Made by a program: the position numbers and the translations under genes
Notes under the pieces: model-generated
The model's input: only the letters and a program-made list of their open reading frames with translations
Database searches by the model: none
Told to the model about the DNA's origin: nothing
From: Bacteroidia bacterium
GTDB taxonomy: Bacteria; Bacteroidota; Bacteroidia; M30B66
Direction of reading: 5' to 3'
Length of the DNA: 64,000 nt
Assembly (NCBI GenBank): GCA_965279035.1
Contig: OZ257142.1
Coordinates: 1,632,001 to 1,696,000, forward strand
Shown here: in pieces, positions 29,917-38,845 of the stretch
Layout of the letters: each line of letters opens with the position of its first letter
Numbering within the stretch: the first letter of the stretch is position 1

Positions 29917-30113
29917 TCAATTTTTATCACTTTGCCAAAAGGCATTTCTTGGATCATTTTTAACAGTTCTTCCATACGATGACCAAGTCCCATTTTCTCT
30001 AAGGATTTATCGGGACGATCTACTCGAAAATAGGCTTTGAGCGTAAAATCATCATCGCGGATTTGAATGTAATCCGGAATTTTTGCTTTTCCTTTTATCT
30101 TGAGAATATGCAT
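29913..30113 (-). CDS. Small conserved-looking hypothetical protein
   Basis: 66 aa, KIKGKAKIPDYIQIRD; stop overlaps the ftsE start. Confidence 0.75.
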   Translation of the reverse strand: MHILKIKGKAKIPDYIQIRDDDFTLKAYFRVDRPDKSLEKMGLGHRMEELLKMIQEMPFGKVIKID

Positions 30114-30266
30114 ATAGATGGCTGCTGCGGCGAATATAGGGAATTGAATTGAGGGCTTTATTCCTGTCTATAAAAATTAGGAACAGGTTCAGTCTAATAA
30201 CATCCAATTGCCCACTATGTTTTAATTGAATTCGTTTATGATTCCTCAAATTCTTAGCTTGCGCCC

Positions 30267-30383
30267 ATGAATGCTTTCAAAGATTTCTGGAAAAAATACT
30301 TTCCCTATTTTCAGGTTGATATGCTCTATTATGCTTTAGTGATTTTACTCGTGCCTATCATTCTGTTGATTTCACGCTGTTAA
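30267..30383 (+). CDS. Putative 38-aa small membrane protein (not in the ORF track)
   Basis: MNAFKDFWKKYFPYFQVDMLYYALVILLVPIILLISRC; one TM; stop overlaps the convergent yigZ stop. Confidence 0.5.
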   Translation: MNAFKDFWKKYFPYFQVDMLYYALVILLVPIILLISRC

Positions 30384-30979
30384 TTTTCCACTAGCCACTT
30401 ATTTTCTACAAAGAGGTTCTTGACTTCATCTGCGCTACGAGCCGGAACATGAATGCAGATACTAAATTGATCTTCCATGATTGGATTATCGTATTCGTAT
30501 CGACTGTCTTTCACCCACTTCATCACATCGCCCATTTTCTCATACCCAACGTGTGCAGTAATTGCAACCGTTACAATTTTTTCTATGATTGATGCGGCAT
30601 TCAAGGCTTCAATTGCTGCTTCACGATAGGCATTTATTAATCCCGGAACACCCAATAAAGTTCCACCGAAATACCTTACTACAGCCACTAAAATATTTTG
30701 CAATTCCATCGAACGTAATTGTCCGAGAATGGGTTTTCCTGCCGATGAAGAAGGTTCACCATCATCGTTTGCGCGCCAATATTCGTTGAGTGGATTGATG
30801 CGAAAGGCATAACAAACATGTCGTGCTGATGGATGCAATTTTCTCAAATTGTTTAAGTGCTCCTTGATTTGTTCCTCGTTCACAACGGGAAAAGCATAAC
30901 CCCAAAACTTACTTCCACGATCGCGAAAATTCCCTTCACTTGGAGCGGCTATCGTTCGGTAATGATCATCGCTTTTCAT
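30380..30979 (-). CDS. yigZ: YigZ/IMPACT family protein
   Basis: RGSKF, ARHVCYA, NDDGEPSSSAG, VVRYFGGTLLGVPGLINAY. Confidence 0.93.
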   Translation of the reverse strand: MKSDDHYRTIAAPSEGNFRDRGSKFWGYAFPVVNEEQIKEHLNNLRKLHPSARHVCYAFRINPLNEYWRANDDGEPSSSAGKPILGQLRSMELQNILVAVVRYFGGTLLGVPGLINAYREAAIEALNAASIIEKIVTVAITAHVGYEKMGDVMKWVKDSRYEYDNPIMEDQFSICIHVPARSADEVKNLFVENKWLVEN

Positions 30980-31869
30980 TCAATGCCAAACATCGGAAGG
31001 ATTTCCTCCGAAAATGCAATGCAACCAATAGCTATCAGGCATAACACAATGCCTATAATATTCACTTTGGATACTTTCTCACGGAAAAAGAAAATTCCAG
31101 CTAAAGCAGAAACTGCTACAATACTCATGTTATTGACTGGAAATACCACTGAACTTTCTATACTCGGAATGCTCAGGGATTTCACAAGAAAAAACACAGA
31201 GAAATAATTGGGAATACCTAAAAATAATCCACCGATATAAGCATTCATTGCTGGTACTTTTTTATGCCGAATATAATTGACAATCAAAACTCCTATTCCT
31301 AAAACAGAAGCCGTTAAAAATATCCATGCAAGAAATGGTTCTAGTCCTTTTTCTCCTAAAGTGAATTCCTCATTGTACTTGAAAAATGTATCAATAAAGC
31401 CACTTCCAATAAATACGATTAAAGGAAATAAAGCGTAACGTTTGTCAATATCGGTTCGCTCTTCACTTCGTGTAGTTAAATAAACGGCGATCAAAGCAAG
31501 AAGAATTCCTGTAATTTTAATAGCATTAATACTGTCTTTTAGAAAAAATACAGCAAATAAAACGGGCATAATCAACGACATTTTATTTGCAACCGAAGTC
31601 ACCGAAACACCAATTTTCTGTGTACTAATTCCAATCACATTAAACAAGGTAATAAATAATATTCCCATGATAAGGGCATTGTAAAACCAAGGCTGCGATG
31701 AAGCTCCATGTTTTGCTAAGCCTGTTGGATCGAGAATAAAACTCAATGCAGCAGCTACCAAATAATTAATCACAATGGCATCAGAGGTATTCACCTTGAA
31801 GCGATCGTAAAGCTTAAACACAACCATGATGGCCGATGAACTAAGTATGCTAAGTAAAAGGTAAATCAT
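30976..31869 (-). CDS. DMT/EamA-family transporter
   Basis: About ten TMs in two halves; likely start MIYLLLSILSS. Confidence 0.85.
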   Translation of the reverse strand: MIYLLLSILSSSAIMVVFKLYDRFKVNTSDAIVINYLVAAALSFILDPTGLAKHGASSQPWFYNALIMGILFITLFNVIGISTQKIGVSVTSVANKMSLIMPVLFAVFFLKDSINAIKITGILLALIAVYLTTRSEERTDIDKRYALFPLIVFIGSGFIDTFFKYNEEFTLGEKGLEPFLAWIFLTASVLGIGVLIVNYIRHKKVPAMNAYIGGLFLGIPNYFSVFFLVKSLSIPSIESSVVFPVNNMSIVAVSALAGIFFFREKVSKVNIIGIVLCLIAIGCIAFSEEILPMFGIE

Positions 31870-32221
31870 GGTCTGAATTGAATCGCGAAAATAGACATTC
31901 AACTCTGTTTTCCGATGATGTTGTTTTACAATTGAAAATCGTAAGAGTTTAACTAACAATTTTCAAAATCAACTTTTCCGAAAAAAGGATGAATAAAAAC
32001 ATCCCGAATTGAATTTAACATTCATTCCAAATAGTTTTCAAAATCCCAATCTCTTACATCTCATTCTTTATGAATTGAATTTCCCCAACTCCTAAATCTA
32101 GGCTGTTTGATATTCATTCTCTCAGAATACAAATACATTCTTACATACGTTAGATATAACGTATTCGGTCGTTTGCTAACTGCTTTCTTCATTCACCTTT
32201 GGATCAGCTAAATGCAAACAA

Positions 32222-32731
32222 ATGACAAAACTCCTACTTTCTCTCACTGTATTTCTACCACTAGTCGGCTTTTCTCAATCCATAGAACGAAGCGTAATTG
32301 CTGCTTCTGGATCTGTGATTTCGGAGAATACTTCGGGCATTTCTTTCAGTCAAACAATCGGCGAGCCTGTCGTATTAACGCAGCAAGTTCCTTCGGTGAT
32401 TTTCACTCAAGGCTTTCAACAACCCGATGCCGATATGATAACGTCGGTTATATCACCATCAACAGGTCAATTCGAAACGGCTGTTTGGCCAAATCCATTC
32501 GAAGACCAATTGGCTCTTTCCATCAAAAGCTCACGAAATGCCAATCTGAACGTGTCGTTTTGTGATTTAGCCGGAAGGAAAATTAGCGCTGATCAACTCA
32601 TTCAAGTTTCATCCACTTCTTCTACGTGGAATATTGCTGTAGAAAATCTGGCTGCAGGTATTTACCTCATCCAAATCCGGAACACTCAAGGCGAATTAAT
32701 CGCTACTCACCGGGTAAGTAAATCTCATTAA
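32222..32731 (+). CDS. Small T9SS type A CTD protein (QGFQQP-type)
   Basis: Signal peptide; short domain SVIAASGS...SQTIGEP...TQGFQQP; CTD VWPNPF...LAAGIYLIQI...RVSK. Confidence 0.85.
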   Translation: MTKLLLSLTVFLPLVGFSQSIERSVIAASGSVISENTSGISFSQTIGEPVVLTQQVPSVIFTQGFQQPDADMITSVISPSTGQFETAVWPNPFEDQLALSIKSSRNANLNVSFCDLAGRKISADQLIQVSSTSSTWNIAVENLAAGIYLIQIRNTQGELIATHRVSKSH

Positions 32732-32758
32732 TCTTTTCTAAACCAACCCTAAAAGAAG

Positions 32759-35700
32759 ATGAAAAAATTCTCCTTTAACGCATTTGTATTTGGCATGCTC
32801 ATGTTTGCCGCATCTGCAAACAAAGCCATCGCACAAGATGTTCCGCGTGGTATAAACTATCAAGCAGTTGCTCGTAATGCATCTGGACAATTGCTCAGCA
32901 ATCAAAATTTGAGCGTTCGAATTTCTCTTTTGAGTCCCAATGCTTCTAATCCTTTAGTTTATCAGGAAATTCAAGCGAATGTTCAAACCAATCAATTTGG
33001 ATTGTTTAATCTAGTAATCGGGCATGGTGCTCAATCTGGTGGAGACGCAGAAAACTTTGCTGCAGTTGATTGGTCTTTACCCGATATGATGATTAAAATC
33101 GAAGCTGATCTCGGCTCTGGTTATGTGGATATGGGAACAAGCGCTCTTTGGTCTGTACCATACGCTTTGTATTCGGCCAATGGAACTCCTGGTCCCCAAG
33201 GTGAACAAGGGATTCAAGGTGAACAAGGTACTCCTGGTACTGATGGAGCAACCGGTCCGCAAGGTCCTCAAGGTCCAATCGGTTTAACAGGTCCACAAGG
33301 TCCCGCTGGCGCTGATGGAGCTACCGGTCCGCAAGGTCCTCAAGGAATTGCTGGTGCCGATGGCGCTCAAGGTCCTATCGGTTTAACTGGTCCACAAGGT
33401 GAACAAGGTCCCGCTGGCGCTGATGGATTAACTGGTCCGCAAGGTCCTCAAGGAATTGCAGGTGCTGATGGTGCTCAAGGTCCAATCGGATTAACTGGTC
33501 CACAAGGTCTTCAAGGTCCCGCTGGCGCTTATGGAGCAACCGGTCCGCAAGGTCCTCAAGGAATTGCAGGTGCTGATGGTGCTCAAGGTCCAATTGGTTT
33601 AACAGGTCCACAAGGAGATCAAGGTCCTGCTGGTCTCGCTGGCGCTGATGGAGCAACTGGTCCGCAAGGTCCTCAAGGAATTGCTGGTGTCGATGGTGCT
33701 CAAGGCCCAATCGGTTTAACTGGTCCTCAAGGGGAACAAGGTCCTGCTGGCTCTGACGGTGCTACTGGTCCGCAAGGTCCTCAAGGAATTGCTGGTGCAG
33801 ATGGTGCTCAAGGTCTAATCGGTTTAACTGGTCCACAAGGTGAAGTTGGTCCGCAAGGACCTGCTGGCGCTGATGGTGCAACTGGACCTCAAGGACCTCA
33901 AGGAATCCAAGGTATTCAAGGATTAACTGGTGCAACAGGTTTAACTGGTCATGCTGGTGCCGATGGTGCTACTGGTCCTCAAGGACCTCAGGGAATTGCA
34001 GGTCCACAGGGTGACGTTGGTCCTCAAGGTGAAGTTGGCCCACAAGGTCCACAAGGTATTTCGGGTGGTTTAGCATGGACAAGCGATCGTCCATATGTAG
34101 CTGGTGAAGTAGTCGTTTACCAAGGCGAAACGTATATCTGTCAATTGAATAATGATGGAGAACCCGGTGGAATTTTTCCTACGAATGAAACTTATTTTGC
34201 ACCGTACTCTCTCGTTGGCCCTCAAGGTCCACAAGGTGAAATGGGTCCACAAGGTCCGACTGGTTCTTCTAGCGCCAATGTGCTTACAGGTGTTGTCGCT
34301 GTTGTGAATGGTGGTACAGGAATGGATCATTTAGGTGAAGCATATCAACAAATCCGCGTGAACAGTACAGGTTCAGAACTAGAATATTTCACACCAACAC
34401 TTACTGGTGTTCAAAGTATCAATGGTTCAACAGAAGGAAATCAAACAATTGTTTCTGGTAATGCCGGAAACGATTTAAATATTAGTACCGATGCAGGTGT
34501 TCATACGATCAATATTCCCGATGCTGGAATTGATAGTCGTGGTTTAATTACAAATGGCTCTCAAACAATTGCTGGAAATAAAACCATCGTCAATCCATTG
34601 CAAATCAATAACAATGTATTCATTGCTACTACCGATGGAAGTCCTGGATACCACTTTGCAACTGATGGTGAGAACTTAGCAATTAGTCATACGGGTGTTA
34701 TGGATAATCAATTATATCTTCAGTCAAACGGAGATGTACAAGTTCGAAATAATCTAGTGGTTTCAGGTGCTGGACAAACAGGTGGCGGAATTATCCTTGC
34801 CGATGATGGAGATATGGTTGACATGAATAACGGTTATGCAACCATGCGATTTTCTGCTGGTGTTCAAGTAACGAATGGAAATCGTAGTGGTGATCCAGTA
34901 ATTACGCTTAGTTCAAACGGGAATGTTTCGGGTAATGCATTCATCAAAACTAATGGTACTGGAAATCAATTCTTAAAAGCTGATGGTAGTGTTGATGCAA
35001 CCGCTTATGCAACTGCTAACGATCTTACAAATCTCGGTTCTAATTTCCTACCATTAAGTGGTGGGACTTTAACCGGTAACTTAACAGGAACCGACGCTTC
35101 CTTAAACGGAATTAGCCTAAGTCGCGTTGGAAATACACCTTTTTTGAATTTCCCAAATGGAACAACTTTGAGTACCGTTGGTGATGAAAATAATAAGGAT
35201 ATCTTATTCCGAAACCTTGGTCAATTGCGCTTCTCCGATGCCAATGAATGGGATTGGAATGCTTGGGCTGGATTAAGTTATAAACGTGCTACCAATCAGG
35301 TTGTTTTTGGATTCCCCGATGGAGTGAATTTATCTGGTAATAATTCAGGAACCATGTTGTTTTCGAATGTTAACGAAGCATACATGGGCAATACAAACAA
35401 TATTGTTCTTCATACGGGAAATGTGCCAAACATGGCATTAACAACGGGAGCTTTAACATCGCCTTCAATTAATTTCTCTCAATCTGGGGCTACACCATTT
35501 ATCAATACAACAAATGGTGTTTCTTTAAGTACTGTGGGTGATCAAACAAACAAAGACTTAATCATCCGAAATCTCGGTCAATTGCGTTTTTCCGATAACA
35601 ACAATTGGGATTGGAATGCTTGGGCTGGTTTAGCTTACAAAAGTGCCAACAATCAAGTGGTTTTAGGATTTCCCGATAATGATAATTTTTCAGGAAATGC

Positions 35701-36781
35701 AACTGGAACCTTATTATTCAGCAATGTAAATGATGTATATGTGAGAAATTCTAACAACGTTGTCCTTCACACAGGCAATATCATGAATCGGAATTTAACA
35801 CTCGGTTCAGTTCTCGAAACAGATTTAACGCTTTCACAAACTGGTGCAACTCCATTTCTAAATCTACCAAGCGAAGTGTCAATGAGTACAACCGATGCTG
35901 GTGATTTAGTTCTCCGTAACCTCGATCAACTCCGCTTCACCGATGCCAACGATTGGGATTATAGCTCTTGGGCAGGATTGTCCTATAAACGAGCTAATAA
36001 TCAAGTTGTTTTAGGTTTTCCTGATGGCAATAATTTCCTAGGCGCTAATTCAGGTACTCTTTTGTTCAGCAACGTGAATGAAGCTTATATGGGAAATACC
36101 AATAATGTAGTTATTCACTCCGGTAATTATCAATCTAAAATCTCCAGTTTATCCAATCTGTCGCTTACACAAACTGGTGCAACACCATTCTTGAGTTTAC
36201 CAAGTGAAGTGTCAATGAGTACAACAGATGCCGGCGACTTAGTATTCCGTAACCTCGATCAACTTCGCTTTACCGATGCCAACGATTGGGATTATAGCTC
36301 TTGGGCAGGATTGGCATACAAACGTGCAACAAACCAAATTGTACTCGGATTCCCCGATGGCAATAACTTCCTTGGAAGCACAACAGGAACACTCTTCTTT
36401 TCGAATGTGAATAACGCCTACATTGGAAATACCAATCAAGAAATAATTCACACCGGAAATTTATCTCAGTTTGCATTACCTAAACCTGCTGATGCTGGAA
36501 CTCAAGGACAAATTCTATCGCTTTCAAACAATGGAACTACTGCTTGGGTAAATACGCGAACTGAAGTAGCCGATGAAGTTCTTGCTGGATCTGGTCAAGT
36601 CGATTTTACTTTATCCCAAGCTCCTTCTTCTGCTAGCAAAGTGAAAATGTATGTCAATGGAATTCGAATTAGCAATGCTGCTTATTCTATTTCTGGAACT
36701 ACTCTTACTTACGATGCTAATAACAACGGAGCTTATGTGTTATCAGCTGGTGATCGTATCCAATTCGATTATTCATATTAA
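32759..36781 (+). CDS. Exported collagen-like/phage-fibre-like protein without T9SS CTD
   Basis: Signal peptide; GINYQAVARN...SVPYALY N-domain; long Gly-X-Y tract; CBM5/12-like module; four ~100-aa repeats ending HTGN/HSGN; C-domain ending LSAGDRIQFDYSY. Confidence 0.88.
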   Translation: MKKFSFNAFVFGMLMFAASANKAIAQDVPRGINYQAVARNASGQLLSNQNLSVRISLLSPNASNPLVYQEIQANVQTNQFGLFNLVIGHGAQSGGDAENFAAVDWSLPDMMIKIEADLGSGYVDMGTSALWSVPYALYSANGTPGPQGEQGIQGEQGTPGTDGATGPQGPQGPIGLTGPQGPAGADGATGPQGPQGIAGADGAQGPIGLTGPQGEQGPAGADGLTGPQGPQGIAGADGAQGPIGLTGPQGLQGPAGAYGATGPQGPQGIAGADGAQGPIGLTGPQGDQGPAGLAGADGATGPQGPQGIAGVDGAQGPIGLTGPQGEQGPAGSDGATGPQGPQGIAGADGAQGLIGLTGPQGEVGPQGPAGADGATGPQGPQGIQGIQGLTGATGLTGHAGADGATGPQGPQGIAGPQGDVGPQGEVGPQGPQGISGGLAWTSDRPYVAGEVVVYQGETYICQLNNDGEPGGIFPTNETYFAPYSLVGPQGPQGEMGPQGPTGSSSANVLTGVVAVVNGGTGMDHLGEAYQQIRVNSTGSELEYFTPTLTGVQSINGSTEGNQTIVSGNAGNDLNISTDAGVHTINIPDAGIDSRGLITNGSQTIAGNKTIVNPLQINNNVFIATTDGSPGYHFATDGENLAISHTGVMDNQLYLQSNGDVQVRNNLVVSGAGQTGGGIILADDGDMVDMNNGYATMRFSAGVQVTNGNRSGDPVITLSSNGNVSGNAFIKTNGTGNQFLKADGSVDATAYATANDLTNLGSNFLPLSGGTLTGNLTGTDASLNGISLSRVGNTPFLNFPNGTTLSTVGDENNKDILFRNLGQLRFSDANEWDWNAWAGLSYKRATNQVVFGFPDGVNLSGNNSGTMLFSNVNEAYMGNTNNIVLHTGNVPNMALTTGALTSPSINFSQSGATPFINTTNGVSLSTVGDQTNKDLIIRNLGQLRFSDNNNWDWNAWAGLAYKSANNQVVLGFPDNDNFSGNATGTLLFSNVNDVYVRNSNNVVLHTGNIMNRNLTLGSVLETDLTLSQTGATPFLNLPSEVSMSTTDAGDLVLRNLDQLRFTDANDWDYSSWAGLSYKRANNQVVLGFPDGNNFLGANSGTLLFSNVNEAYMGNTNNVVIHSGNYQSKISSLSNLSLTQTGATPFLSLPSEVSMSTTDAGDLVFRNLDQLRFTDANDWDYSSWAGLAYKRATNQIVLGFPDGNNFLGSTTGTLFFSNVNNAYIGNTNQEIIHTGNLSQFALPKPADAGTQGQILSLSNNGTTAWVNTRTEVADEVLAGSGQVDFTLSQAPSSASKVKMYVNGIRISNAAYSISGTTLTYDANNNGAYVLSAGDRIQFDYSY
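33182..34068 (+). repeat. Collagen Gly-X-Y coding repeat with 108/117-bp higher-order units
   Basis: GADG-type units begin at 33308, 33416, 33524, 33641, 33749 and 33866. Confidence 0.9.
35116..36460 (+). repeat. Four tandem intragenic ~100-aa repeats
   Basis: TPFL...RNLxQLRFxDxNxWDxxxWAGLxYK...GFPD...FSNVN...HxGN four times. Confidence 0.92.
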
Positions 36782-36799
36782 TTAATTCCTTCGCGAATT

Positions 36800-38302
36800 A
36801 TGAGATATTTCCTTCACCTGTTGATTTGCATCCTGTTTACGCTAGATGCATCAGCGCAAGGAATAAATAAGCACGGACAAATAAATGTTTCGTCCGGAAT
36901 GGTAAATCAATACGGAGCAATTGGACAAAGTGGTTTAACAACTAATGGACGATTATTCACACCTGCTAATAATGGTAATTTAAACGCACTCGATTTCGAT
37001 GGAGGAGCTAATTATGTTGAGGTTCAGCCGGGTGTTTATTTTAACAGCGATTTTACGATCGAATGTTGGGTATATCCCCGCAGTTTTGGTAATTGGTCAC
37101 GTGTTATTGATTTTGGAAATGGAGCAGGAGCCAACAATGTTTTACTCGCTTACACTTGGGGAACAACGGGTAATCCAGCAGTTCACATCGACGGACAACA
37201 ATTCTATGCCGACAATGTGTTAGAGCTCAATACTTGGTCGCATTTGGCTGTTACGTTATCGGGTAATACATGTACTTTTTACATTAATGGAATTCCATCC
37301 GGCAGTAGCAATATGCCAACACCTAGCGATGTAATGCGTAACCAATGTTACATAGGAAAAAGCAACTGGAATGGCGATCCCAATGCGGATGCGCGTTTCG
37401 ATGAACTTCGAATTTTTAATTATGGAAAATCCGAAGCCGAAATTCTTGCAGGAATGCATCTCGAAGCATTTGGAAATGAAGCCGGTTTAGTAGCCTATTA
37501 CAATTTCAATCAAGGAAATGCAAATTCAAATAATGCAGGTATTTCTACGCTGACCGATAATTCTGGAAATGGTCATGCCGGTACTTTAAATGGGTTTGTA
37601 CTCGATGGTAATACCAGTAATTTTGTCCAAGGAGCTCCTTTAGGTGACGGTCTTTCTCCTGAAACGGCTGGTAGTAGCGCATTCTCTATCAAACAGAGTT
37701 TTCCGGCTTCAACGGATGGTTTGTATTGGATTCGAAATTTGAATATCAATGGTGGAACTCCTGTTCAGATTTATGCCGATATGACTACCGACGGTGGCGG
37801 TTGGACCTTAATTACATGTAATGCAGATAACGGTGGTTGGGATTATGCTAATGCAATCGAATTAAATACTGCAACACCAAGTATTAATTCCAATTATTCC
37901 ATCATTACATGGGCCGATTATTTGAAGAAAAGTGCTAGCGGTTTTCAATACATGATTGAATCAAATCAACGCCGTAGTTATGGTGGTATTTGGACTGCAA
38001 ATGGCGCTTATAGCTTTGTCAATAATACCAATTCACAAACCGATGTGACCATAAATACCAAATTCGGTATCGATGGAAGTCTAGGAACTTGGACCTATAG
38101 CGATGGCGGTATTGAGCAGCGAATGCCTTGGTATTCCGACTGTAGCGGCTACATAACAACTAGTTCCGATTGCGGCGGCGGCAGTTGGTGGGGAACATTA
38201 ATTTCAACAGGAGGTTGGAGTCCCGCACCTTGGATTGCCGGTGGCTGTGGCGACGAAGGTTGCATGCCGCATCCTGGTATACTTTGGTATTGGGTACGAT
38301 AA
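36800..38302 (+). CDS. Exported LamG (concanavalin-like) + fibrinogen-like domain protein, no CTD
   Basis: Signal peptide; ALDFDG...FTIECWV...WSHLAVT...DELRIFN...LVAYYNFN; DGLYWI...IYADMTTDGGGWTLI; ends LWYWVR. Confidence 0.85.
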   Translation: MRYFLHLLICILFTLDASAQGINKHGQINVSSGMVNQYGAIGQSGLTTNGRLFTPANNGNLNALDFDGGANYVEVQPGVYFNSDFTIECWVYPRSFGNWSRVIDFGNGAGANNVLLAYTWGTTGNPAVHIDGQQFYADNVLELNTWSHLAVTLSGNTCTFYINGIPSGSSNMPTPSDVMRNQCYIGKSNWNGDPNADARFDELRIFNYGKSEAEILAGMHLEAFGNEAGLVAYYNFNQGNANSNNAGISTLTDNSGNGHAGTLNGFVLDGNTSNFVQGAPLGDGLSPETAGSSAFSIKQSFPASTDGLYWIRNLNINGGTPVQIYADMTTDGGGWTLITCNADNGGWDYANAIELNTATPSINSNYSIITWADYLKKSASGFQYMIESNQRRSYGGIWTANGAYSFVNNTNSQTDVTINTKFGIDGSLGTWTYSDGGIEQRMPWYSDCSGYITTSSDCGGGSWWGTLISTGGWSPAPWIAGGCGDEGCMPHPGILWYWVR

Positions 38303-38317
38303 AAAATAAATCATTAT

Positions 38318-38348
38318 AAAAAGGTCAGAATTCGTTCTGGCCTTTTTT
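38318..38348 (+). terminator. Intrinsic terminator closing the 32222-38302 operon
   Basis: AAAAAGGTCAGAA-TTCG-TTCTGGCCTTTTTT. Confidence 0.85.
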
Positions 38349-38377
38349 ATTTTCAAAATCTGGATTTATTTTCATTT

Positions 38378-38471
38378 GGGCGGCGGGCACGCTATCCGCT
38401 TGTAGTCCTTATTGTATGCCTTCGCTAAAGCTTCGGCATACAAAGCGGGCTAACGCTTCTATCGTTGCCGC
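38378..38471 (-). ncRNA. Second Flavo-1-like structured repeat with a nested hairpin
   Basis: Minus strand CG-ATAGAA-GC ... GC-GGATAG-CG then GCCGCCC; internal hairpin TTGTATGCC-TTCGCTAAAGCTTC-GGCATACAA (38412-38443). Confidence 0.5.
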
Positions 38472-38739
38472 TTAATTTTACCCAATCACATTTAAATAAA
38501 ATCCAGCATCCCCGGATTTCAATCCGGGGTGCGTGCTGCTGTGTTTCCCCTTAACCCCGGATTGAAATCCGGGGCTACCTGTTTTATCGTTGCTGCTAAC
38601 GTATAATTTATATTTCATGGGTTTCATCAATCATCTATTCATCATCCATCAACGCCGGAATTTTTATTCTATCGTTGCCGCTTAATTTTACCCAATCACA
38701 TTTAAATAAAATCCAGCATCCCCGGATTGAAATCCGGGG
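38457..38739. repeat. 62-bp exact direct repeat plus three CCCCGGATT-NN-AATCCGGGG REP palindromes
   Basis: 38457-38518 equals 38667-38728; palindromes at about 38510, 38555 and 38720, the first two inverted relative to each other. Confidence 0.9.
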
Positions 38740-38845
38740 CAAATACCTAAAAAATAGGTACAAATAAAAGATAGAAAACAAACATCTCTAATATCACCAT
38801 AAGCCGTTTATACGCCTATATTTGAATACAATCTAACCTATCACC

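Noticed and set aside
33077-34330. Repetitive antisense ORFs (e.g. 33375-33710)
   Set aside because: Shadows of the collagen codon pattern
35837-36460. DGR template/variable repeat pair in the fibre gene
   Set aside because: The differences are largely synonymous and not adenine-specific, both copies are coding, and there is no reverse transcriptase in the window
32222-38302. Prophage tail module
   Set aside because: All three proteins have Sec signal peptides, one has a T9SS CTD, and there are no capsid, terminase, integrase or lysis genes nearby
38500-38740. Possible CRISPR from CCCCGGATT palindromes
   Set aside because: Only three copies, irregular spacing and mixed orientation
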